Shown here one piece after another: positions 21,496 through 32,100 of a stretch of 42,471 bases of DNA. Made by a program: the position numbers and the translations under genes. Each line of letters begins with the position of its first letter. Position 1 is the stretch's first letter. Below the pieces are notes generated by a model. The model saw only the letters and a list, made by a program, of their open reading frames with translations. It was not told where the DNA came from and ran no database searches. Source of the DNA: Macrostomum lignano (Eukaryota); the NCBI GenBank assembly GCA_002269645.1, contig NIVC01003509.1:1-42471 (forward strand), in the 5' to 3' direction.

Positions 21496-22040
21496 TCCCC
21501 GCATTCCCATCTGGCACCAATCGGATTCCCATCTGACACCAATTAGATTCCCATCTGACACCACTCGGATTCCCATCTGACACCCATCGGATTCCCATCT
21601 GACACCAATTAGATTCCCATCTGGCACCAATCGGATTCCTATCTGACACCAATTGGATTCCCATCTGACACCACTCGGATTCCCATCTGACACCACTCGG
21701 ATATTCCCATCTGACACCCATCGGATTCCCATCTGACACCCATCGGATTCCCATCTGACACTCATCGGATTCCCATCTGGCACCCATCGGATTCCCATCT
21801 GACACCCATCGGATTCCCATCTGGCACCAATCAGATTCCCATCTGGCACCCATCGGATCCCCATCTGACACTCATCGGATTCCTATCTGACACCCATCGG
21901 ATTCCCATCTGACACAAATTTGATTCCTATCTGACACCCATCGGATTCCCATCTGACACCAATCGGATTCCCATCTGACACCTATCGGATTCCCATCTGA
22001 CACCCATCGGATTCCTATCTGACATATATAATTGGATTCC
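21496..22040. repeat. 22-bp minisatellite (ggattcccatctgacaccaatc) in DNAJC22 intron 2
   Basis: About 24 copies. Confidence 0.95.
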
Positions 22041-22557
22041 AGCAAACAGCAACAGAATTTAATTGGTTTCCAAGTTCGCCCAAGCAGACGAGCATCAATA
22101 GGTTACCTATTTTCCCCAATGAGTTTTGCCTTCCCCAGCCTCCCATTGCGGGCAGGATAAGCTCCGCAGCTTAAGAAAATAGCAAGAAAATCGCTCCGGG
22201 CCGCTGAGGAACCCCAAAGGATCGCCAGGCCGCAGCCTTGCAGCTGTCGGCGGTAAAAGTGCGCGCAGGCCAAGACCAGCGCGTGCGGGCGAAAGTTGCG
22301 GCCATAAATAAATACAGAGCAATAAATTATCCGGGCAAAGCCAGTTACAGGATGCGGCCCGCAATCTCCGCGTGGGAAATCAGCTGGGAAGTCGCGGCCT
22401 AAATGGGACCGAAAGTGCAATTCGGACTTGAAAAGATCAAACGATCCGGCAGTTCGGAATCGAATAGATCAATTTTTTGTATGCAGTTCAAAAGTACATG
22501 CCAGCTACTGGATGATGGAGAGCCGCAAGTGCCAAACAGAACTCAAAGCTGACTCAC

Positions 22558-22680
22558 CCAGAGCAATGGGCAGCGGCCAGGTGAGGCGGATCAGCTGTTT
22601 GCGATTGTCGTCATCGAACCATTCGGTTGGGAAGGCGCCGAGCCACAGCATGGCGCAGGTCAGGCCGAACAGGATCTCAC
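22558..22680 (-). CDS. DNAJC22: DNAJC22 exon 2 of 4 (123 nt); not in the supplied ORF track
   Basis: Acceptor catctcag|GT, donor CTGG|GTGAGT, phase 1-1. Translates GEILFGLTCAMLWLGAFPTEWFDDDNRKQLIRLTWPLPIAL, continuing the hydrophobic segments expected before (G)VYLVGNIG. Confidence 0.85.
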
Positions 22681-23003
22681 CTGAGATGATGGGGCGGGAA
22701 TCTGTGCATCTGGGAACTTCTGATTGACTGCTGCCTGTGATTAAAGCCAGCCTCCCTCCTCATCAGCTTATAATTTTCACTTGTAAATCTTAATATTCAC
22801 CAGCAGCTGGTTTCTCGCATTTGTTTTATTGTTTACACAGACCACTTAAAAACTTTTAATACATTATCAACAGGAAAGGTACACGGGTGGGAGTGGGCGA
22901 TGATGGGAGCAGCTGGAAACTGGGAGATCTGCCACTTGGATGAAGAAAACAGGTTTGCCTGCTGGCTGGGAACAGCGGCGAGCTCCAGACTGGCTTTCTG
23001 GGG

Positions 23004-23487
23004 GTGAATTTCAGGGGTGAGACTGGTTTCAATGTAGTGAATCCCAGGGGTGAGATTGGTTTCAATGTAATGAATCTCAGGGTTGAGGCTAGTTTCAATG
23101 TAATAAATCCCAGGGGTGAGATTGGTTTCAATGTAATGAATCTCAGGGGTGAGACTGGTTTCAATGTAGTGAATCCCAGGGGTGAGATTGGTTTCAATGT
23201 AATGAATCTCAGGGTTGAGGCTAGTTTCAATGTAATAAATCCCAGGGGTGAGACTGGTTTCAATGTAGTGAATCCCAGGGGTGAGATTGGTTTCAATGTA
23301 ATGAATCTCAGGGTTGAGGCTAGTTTCAATGTAATAAATCCCAGGGGTGAGACTGGTTTCAATGTAGTGAATCCCAGGGGTGAGATTGGTTTCAATGTAA
23401 TGAATCTCAGGGTTGAGGCTAGTTTCAATGTAATAAATCCCAGGGGTGAGACTGGTTTCAATGTAGTGAATCCCAGGGGTGAGATTG
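23004..23487. repeat. 33-bp minisatellite organised as a 99-bp three-subunit higher-order repeat, DNAJC22 intron 1
   Basis: Subunits gagactggtttc/gagattggtttc/gaggctagtttc recur in a fixed order; 33-aa periodicity in the pseudo-ORFs. Confidence 0.95.
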
Positions 23488-23959
23488 GCCTTCAAGGACA
23501 ATCTGAACGATATGCTGGTTAATATACTGAATATCCATAAAGCAATTTAGCGCAGCAAAACTGCATTGGGCAAGTTTTTTGCAAAGCAGAAAGCAAGCAA
23601 TGTATTGCGTCGCGCGGGACAAGAGAGAATAAACGCTATTAAAGACAAAAATACGAACTGCGCATGGTAAACCGGGATACAGGGAAGGCACAGGGGGATT
23701 GGGTTGCCACACAGCGATCTGTGATCTGCAATGGCCAGCGCCTGAAGCTCTGATTCTCATCACACTAAAATATAGATTTATTACCTGCAGATAAGCCATT
23801 TGCGCTGTGGAATATCCTCTATGGGTTTTTAGGGAAGTTCAGTGGACAGCCTGATGGATCTGGGAAAGACAGAATAGTAGGGAGCCGATAGCAGATTTGT
23901 AAGGTGGTGGGTGGATAGTAGAAGATTACATATGTAGAGGAAGAGGGACGGTAGAGGAT

Positions 23960-24537
23960 GGCTGGGGTGATAAAGGGTGGTAGGGGCGGATGGTAGGGGG
24001 CAGTAAGGGCGGATGGTAGGGGGAAGTATGGGCGGATGGTAGGGGGAAGTAGGGGATGGCAGGGGCAGATGGTAGGGGGAAGTAGGGGATGGCAGGGGCG
24101 GATGGTAGGGGATGGCAGGGGCGGATGGTAGGGGATGGCAGGGGCGGATGGTAGGGGATGGCAGGGCGGATTGTAGGGGATGGCAGGGGCGGATTGTAGG
24201 GGATGGCAGGGGCGGATTGTAGGGGATGGCAGGGGCGGATTGTAGGGATGGCAGGGGCGGATTGTAGGGGATGGCAGGGGCGGATTGTAGGGGATGGCAG
24301 GGGCGGATGGTAGGGGATGGCAGGGGCGGATGGTAGGGGATGGCAGGGGCGGATGGTAGGGGATGGCAGGGGCGGATGGTAGGGGATGGCAGGGGCGGAT
24401 GGTAGGGGATGGCAGGGGCGGATTGTAGGGGCGGCAGGGGCGGATTGTAGGGGCGGCAGGGGCGGATTGTAGGGGCGGCAGGGGCGGATGGTAGGGGATG
24501 GCAGGGGCGGATTGTAGGGGGCGGCAGGGGCGGATGT
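23960..24537. repeat. 23-bp G-rich minisatellite (ggggcggatggtaggggatggca) in DNAJC22 intron 1
   Basis: About 24 copies starting ~60 nt after the exon 1 donor. Confidence 0.96.
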
Positions 24538-24595
24538 GCATCCTAGTGGCAATAGACGCATGTGGCGGAAGTCCATCAGCGGCAGAGCAGCTCAC

Positions 24596-24992
24596 CGAAA
24601 TACCTGGACCAGCTGCACCTGGGCGCCTTGTCTCGCAGCTTGTCCCGGAAAAATATGGACCCGGCCAGGCGCCGCTTCAAGGCTTCGTAGTCGTCGCGCA
24701 GCCGGCCGCGGTCCTGCGTCTCCGGTTGGCCGGGCGCAGGCGCTGACTGCAGGATCTGCTGCACCGAGGTGAACCTGCTCAGGTCGGCCTGGTACTCCTC
24801 GGTCAGAAACTGGTCCTCAGACTCCCGGATGTAGCGCTCTAGGTTGAACAGGTCGTGCAGCCAGCCGGCGAAGAAGCCGCCAAGGCTGCACAGCATCACG
24901 AAGCCGTGCAGACTGCGGCCGAGATAAAACTGGTGCGCGCCGAGCAGGCCGAGGGTGAACAGCAGAATGTAGGCAATTGTGCGGGACGCCAT
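24596..24992 (-). CDS. DNAJC22: DnaJ homolog subfamily C member 22 (wurst-like; TM2 domain plus C-terminal J domain), exon 1 of 4
   Basis: MASRTIAYILLFTLGLLGAHQFYLGRSLHGFVMLCSLGGFFAGWLHDLF is a TM2-domain signature (GxHxFYLG...GxxW). Donor TTCG|GTGAGC, phase 1. Confidence 0.92.
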
Positions 24993-25064
24993 GGCTGATT
25001 CGCTTCTCTGCTTTGGGCAACTGCCTGCTGCAAGTTTGGTGGAAGTGGACATCTTGATAATTGG

Positions 25065-25225
25065 GATCTGAGTAAATTATGATAATTGGGATCTGAGTGC
25101 ATCCCGGTAATTGGGATCTGAGTGCATCCCGGTAATTGGGATCTGAGTGCATCCCGATAATTGGGATCTGAGTGCATCCCGGTAATTGGGATTTGAGTAC
25201 ATCCCGGTAATTGGGATCTGAGCAC
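25065..25225. repeat. 25-bp minisatellite (gggatctgagtgcatcccggtaatt) upstream of DNAJC22
   Basis: About 6 copies. Confidence 0.92.
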
Positions 25226-25344
25226 AACCTGATAATCGGGATCCGAGTATATTTGGACAGTTGGGATTTAACGAAGCAGCCATCCAGAATTGGAGCTAGC
25301 CAAGACACCCTGGTAATCAATGTACTCAGGGTACTTAAGAATAA

Positions 25345-28170
25345 GTCAAGAGCGGACATACTGACAAAAGGAGTCGAAGCCTGGAGCGGACATCCTGACA
25401 ATAAGAGTCAAAGCCTGGAGCGGACATACTGACAATAAGAGTCAAAGCATGGAGCGTACATGCTGACAAGAAGAGTCAAAGCCTGGAGCGGACATCCTGA
25501 CAAGAAGAGTCGAAGCCTGGAGCGGACATCCTGACAATAAGAGTCGAAGCCTGGAGCGGACATCCTGACAATAGGAGTCAAAGCCTGGAGCGGACATCCT
25601 GACAATAGGAGTCAAAGCCTGGAGCGGAAATCCTGACAAGAAGAGTCAAAGCCTAGAGCGGATATCCTGACAAGAAGAGTCAAAGCCTGGAGCGGACATC
25701 CTGACAATAAGAGTCAAAGCCTGGAGCGGACATCCTGACAATAGGAGTCAAAGCCTGGAGCGGACATCCTGACAATAGGAGTCAAAGCCTGGAGCGGAAA
25801 TCCTGACAAGAAGAGTCAAAGCCTAGAGCGGATATCCTGACAAGAAGAGTCAAAGCCTGGAGCGGACATCCTGACAATAAGAGTCAAAGCCTGGAGCGTA
25901 CATGCTGACAAGAAGAGTCAAAGCCTGGAGCGGACATCCTGACAAGCGTCAAAGCCTGGAGCGGACATCCTGACAAGAAGAGTCAAAGCCTGGAGCGTAC
26001 ATGCTGACAAGAAGAGTCAAAGCCTGGATCGGACATTCTGACAATAAGTCAAAGCCTGGAGCGGACATCCTGACAATAAGAGTCAAAGCCTGGAGCGGAC
26101 ATCCTGACAATAAGAGTCAAAGCCTGGAGCGGACATCCTGACAATAAGAGTCAAAGCCTGGAGCGGACATACTGACAATAAGAGTCAAAGCATGGAGCGT
26201 ACATCCTGACAAGAAGAGTCAAAGCCTGGAGCGTACATGCTGACAAGAAGAGTCAAAGCCTGGATCGGACATTCTGACAATAAGTCAAAGCCTGGAGCGG
26301 ACATCCTGACAATAAGAGTCAAAGCCTGGAGCGGACATCCTGACAATAAGAGTCAAAGCCTGGAGCGGACATCCTGACAATAAGAGTCAAAGCCTGGAGC
26401 GGACATCCTGACAAGAAGAGTCAAAGTCTGGAGCGGAAATCCTGACAAGAAGAGTCAAAGCCTGGAGCGGACATTCTGACAAAAGAGTCGAAGCCTGGAG
26501 CGGACATCCTGACAATAAGAGTCGAAGCCTGGAGCGGACATCCTGACAATAGGAGTCAAAGCCTGGAGCGTACATGCTGACAAGAAGAGTCAAAGCCTGG
26601 AGCGGATATCCTGACAAGAAGAGTCAAAGCCTGGAGCGGACATCCTGACAAGAGTCAAAGCCTGGAGCGGACATCCTGACAAGAAGAGTCAAAGCCTGGA
26701 GCAGATATCCTGACAAGAGTCAAAGCCTGGAGCGGACATCCTGACAAGAAGAGTCAAAGCCTGGATCGGACATTCTGACAATAAGAGTCAAAGCCTGGAG
26801 CGTACATGCTGACAAGAAGAGTCAAAGCCTGGATCGGACATTCTGACAATAAGTCAAAGCCTGGAGCGGACATCCTGACAAGAAGAGTCAAAGCCTGGAG
26901 CGGACATCCTGACAATAGGAGTCAAAGCCTGGAGCGGAAATCCTGACAAGAAGAGTCAAAGCCTAGAGCGGATATCCTGACAAGAAGAGTCAAAGCCTGG
27001 AGCGGACATCCTGACAATAAGAGTCAAAGCCTGGAGCGTACATGCTGACAAGAAGAGTCAAAGCCTGGAGCGGACATCCTGACAAGCGTCAAAGCCTGGA
27101 GCGGACATCCTGACAAGAAGAGTCAAAGCCTGGAGCGTACATGCTGACAAGAAGAGTCAAAGCCTGGATCGGACATTCTGACAATAAGTCAAAGCCTGGA
27201 GCGGACATCCTGACAATAAGAGTCAAAGCCTGGAGCGGACATCCTGACAATAAGAGTCAAAGCCTGGAGCGGACATCCTGACAATAAGAGTCAAAGCCTG
27301 GAGCGGACATACTGACAATAAGAGTCAAAGCATGGAGCGTACATCCTGACAAGAAGAGTCAAAGCCTGGAGCGTACATGCTGACAAGAAGAGTCAAAGCC
27401 TGGATCGGACATTCTGACAATAAGTCAAAGCCTGGAGCGGACATCCTGACAATAAGAGTCAAAGCCTGGAGCGGACATCCTGACAATAAGAGTCAAAGCC
27501 TGGAGCGGACATCCTGACAATAAGAGTCAAAGCCTGGAGCGGACATCCTGACAAGAAGAGTCAAAGTCTGGAGCGGAAATCCTGACAAGAAGAGTCAAAG
27601 CCTGGAGCGGACATTCTGACAAAAGAGTCGAAGCCTGGAGCGGACATCCTGACAATAAGAGTCGAAGCCTGGAGCGGACATCCTGACAATAGGAGTCAAA
27701 GCCTGGAGCGTACATGCTGACAAGAAGAGTCAAAGCCTGGAGCGGATATCCTGACAAGAAGAGTCAAAGCCTGGAGCGGACATCCTGACAAGAGTCAAAG
27801 CCTGGAGCGGACATCCTGACAAGAAGAGTCAAAGCCTGGAGCAGATATCCTGACAAGAGTCAAAGCCTGGAGCGGACATCCTGACAAGAAGAGTCAAAGC
27901 CTGGATCGGACATTCTGACAATAAGAGTCAAAGCCTGGAGCGTACATGCTGACAAGAAGAGTCAAAGCCTGGATCGGACATTCTGACAATAAGTCAAAGC
28001 CTGGAGCGGACATCCTGACAAGAAGAGTCAAAGCCTGGAGCGGACATTCTGACAATAAGTCAAAGCCTGGAGCGGACATCCTGACAAGAAGAGTCAAAGT
28101 CTGGAGCGGAAATCCTGACAAGAAGAGTCAAAGCCTGGAGCGGACATCCTGACAAGAAGAGTCAAAGCCA
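25345..28170. repeat. ~34-bp satellite (gagtcaaagcctggagcggacatcctgacaataa) with a 1140-bp internal tandem duplication
   Basis: About 83 units; lines compared between 25745-26884 and 26885-28024 read identically. Confidence 0.97.
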
Positions 28171-29134
28171 CGAGCTGTTACTGAACTGGAGTGAACAAGC
28201 TAACAATCGGGATTTAAGGAACGACACTGGCAATGGGATTCCAGGCGAGGAGCCGTTCGCTGGGAACAGGGGCTCCAAGTAGCGAATATAGCTAAGCTTT
28301 AACTGCATTTGAAATTACAAAAAGAAAGCCAGCCGGCCTCTCAACTAGCAAGATCGCAGAAGATGCAAACAATTAAAGCAGCAGCAAAAGCTACACGCCC
28401 ACCCTGAAGAGCCCGCAGCTGCAAGTGCGAGCGCTAATAACAAGGCGAGCCCCGGGAATCCAAGCAGATGCAAACAGCAGATCTAACTACCGCCAACCCC
28501 AAGACCTGTCCGTCAGGCAAAATTACACAAGAAACAAGAAAAATCTGGCCAAAGTGCACCTGGCCGGGAGCAGACAAGCGGAGAAATAGTAGGGCATCCA
28601 GATTCGATTGATATCCCATTAGAAATCGCAAAAATCCCAATGGCGCACAATGGGGAACAGCTCTAGTGCAGAAATACGAGCGGCATAGCAGGCAGAGAAA
28701 ATCTGCATTCAACCCCTACACAGGCCTGACAAAGGAAGTTGAACTGGCGAATGAAAGGCCGACTGGATGCGGCCAGACCGCATTAGGCATTGCCGGAAAG
28801 AAGAAGCCAGTGTTTCCCATTTCAATATTTGGCCATCAGAGCTTTCATTTTATGGCAATAAAAATGCGGTGTCAGAGGCAGACCCCATCTAAACTGCAGT
28901 AAAGCCACCCGACACTGAAGTGATGCCCACTGAATGAAGGAAAAATAGGATGAGAATGTCTTCTATACAAGTGCACTTAAGAGTACTTCAATGCTCGCTG
29001 TAACCCAAAACTGCTATCAAATTTAAGAGTTGAATCCACTACAAATTCCACTGGCTTCAAATAGAAGTTAGATTACTTTGACGACACCAAATGCAAAAAG
29101 CGGTTGAGTTAAATGCGATTATATAAGAGTGAGA

Positions 29135-32100
29135 TTTGCATTCTATTCCTGCACTCACGATAGGCTAGATTAGCAATCCATTCTAATCCTGCACCCATCA
29201 TAGGCTAGATTAGCAATCCATTCTATTCCTGCACTCACGATAGGCTAGATTAGCAATCCATTCTATTCCTGCATCCATGATAGGCTAGATTAGCAATCCA
29301 TTCTATTCCTGCAGCCATGATAGGCTAGATTAGCAATCCATTCTGTTCCTGCACCCATGATAGGCTAGATTAGCAATCCATTCTATTCCTGCACTCACGA
29401 TAGGCTAGATTAGCAATCCATTCTATTCCTGCACTCACGATAGGCTAGATTAGCAATCCATTCTATTCCTGCACTCACGATAGGCTAGATTAGCAATCCA
29501 TTCTATTCCTGCACTCACGATAGGCTAGATTAGCAATCCATTCTATTCCTGCACTCACGATAGGCTAGATTAGCAATCCATTCTATTCCTGCACTCACAA
29601 TAGGCTAGATTAGCAATCCATTCTAATCCTGGACCCACGATAGGCTAGATAAGCAATCCATTCTATTCCTGCATCCATGATAGGCTAGATTAGCAATCCA
29701 TTCTATTCCTGCATCCATGATAGGCTAGATTAGCAATCCATTCTATTCCTGCACCCATGATAGGCTAGATTAGCAATCCATTCTATTCCTGCACCATGAT
29801 AGGCTAGATTAGCAATCCATTCTATTCCTGCATCCATGATAGGCTAGATTAGCAATCCATTCTATTCCTGCACCATGATAGGCTAGATTAGCAATCCATT
29901 CTATTCCTGCACCCATGATAGGCTAGATTAGCAATCCATTCTATTCCTGCATCCATGATAGGCTAGATTAGCAATCCATTCTATTCCTGCATCCATGATA
30001 GGCTAGATTAGCAATCCATTCTATTCCTGCATCCATGATAGGCTAGATTAGCAATCCATTCTATTCCTGCATCCATGATAGGCTAGATTAGCAATCCATT
30101 CTATTCCTGCATCCATGATAGGCTAGATTAGCAATCCATTCTATTCCTGCATCCATGATAGGCTAGATTAGCAATCCATTCTATTCCTGCATCCATGATA
30201 GGCTAGATTAGCAATCCATTCTATTCCTGCATCCATGATAGGCTAGATTAGCAATCCATTCTATTCCTGCACCATGATAGGCTAGATTAGCAATCCATTC
30301 TATTCCTGCATCCATGATAGGCTAGATTAGCAATCCATTCTATTCCTGCATCCATGATAGGCTAGATTAGCAATCCATTCTATTCCTGCATCCATGATAG
30401 GCTAGATTAGCAATCCATTCTATTCCTGCATCCATGATAGGCTAGATTAGCAATCCATTCTATTCCTGCACCCATGATAGGCTAGATTAGCAATCCATTC
30501 TATTCCTGCATCCATGATAGGCTAGATTAGCAATCCATTCTATTCCTGCACCATGATAGGCTAGATTAGCAATCCATTCTATTCCTGCACCATGATAGGC
30601 TAGATTAGCAATCCATTCTATTCCTGCATCCATGATAGGCTAGATTAGCAATCCATTCTATTCCTGCATCCATGATAGGCTAGATTAGCAATCCATTCTA
30701 TTCCTGCACCATGATAGGCTAGATTAGCAATCCATTCTATTCCTGCACCATGATAGGCTAGATTAGCAATCCATTCTATTCCTGCACCATGATAGGCTAG
30801 ATTAGCAATCCATTCTATTCCTGCACCCATGATAGGCTAGATTAGCAATCCATTCTATTCCTGCATCCATGATAGGCTAGATTAGCAATCCATTCTATTC
30901 CTGCATCCATGATAGGCTAGATTAGCAATCCATTCTATTCCTGCTCCATGATAGGCTAGATTAGCAATCCATTCTATTCCTGCATCCATGATAGGCTAGA
31001 TTAGCAATCCATTCTATTCCTGCATCCATGATAGGCTAGATTAGCAATCCATTCTATTCCTGCATCCATGATAGGCTAGATTAGCAATCCATTCTATTCC
31101 TGCACCCATGATAGGCTAGATTAGCAATCCATTATATTCCTGCATCCATGATAGGCTAGATTAGCAATCCATTATATTCCTGCATCCATGATAGGCTAGA
31201 TTAGCAATCCATTCTATTCCTGCATCCATGATAGGCTAGATTAGCAATCCATTCTATTCCTGCATCCATGATAGGCTAGATTAGCAATCCATTCTATTCC
31301 TGCACCCATGATAGGCTAGATTAGCAATCCATTCTATTCCTGCACCCATGATAGGCTAGATTAGCAATCCATTCTATTCCTGCATCCATGATAGGCTAGA
31401 TTAGCAATCCATTCTATTCCTGCACCCATGATAGGCTAGATTAGCAATCCATTCTATTCCTGCACCCATGATAGGCTAGATTAGCAATCCATTCTATTCC
31501 TGCACCCATGATAGGCTAGATTAGCAATCCATTCTATTCCTGCACCCATGATAGGCTAGATTAGCAATCCATTCTATTCCTGCACCCATGATAGGCTAGA
31601 TTAGCAATCCATTCTATTCCTGCATCCATGATAGGCTAGATTAGCAATCCATTCTATTCCTGCATCCATGATAGGCTAGATTAGCAATCCATTCTATTCC
31701 TGCATCCATGATAGGCTAGATTAGCAATCCATTCTATTCCTGCATCCATGATAGGCTAGATTAGCAATCCATTCTATTCCTGCATCCATGATAGGCTAGA
31801 TTAGCAATCCATTCTATTCCTGCATCCATGATAGGCTAGATTAGCAATCCATTCTATTCCTGCATCCATGATAGGCTAGATTAGCAATCCATTCTATTCC
31901 TGCATCCATGATAGGCTAGATTAGCAATCCATTCTATTCCTGCATCCATGATAGGCTAGATTAGCAATCCATTCTATTCCTGCACCATGATAGGCTAGAT
32001 TAGCAATCCATTCTATTCCTGCATCCATGATAGGCTAGATTAGCAATCCATTCTATTCCTGCATCCATGATAGGCTAGATTAGCAATCCATTCTATTCCT

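Noticed and set aside
28380-28902. Short ORFs between the two large satellites
   Set aside because: Multiple stops in all frames, no recognisable domain, no coherent splice sites.
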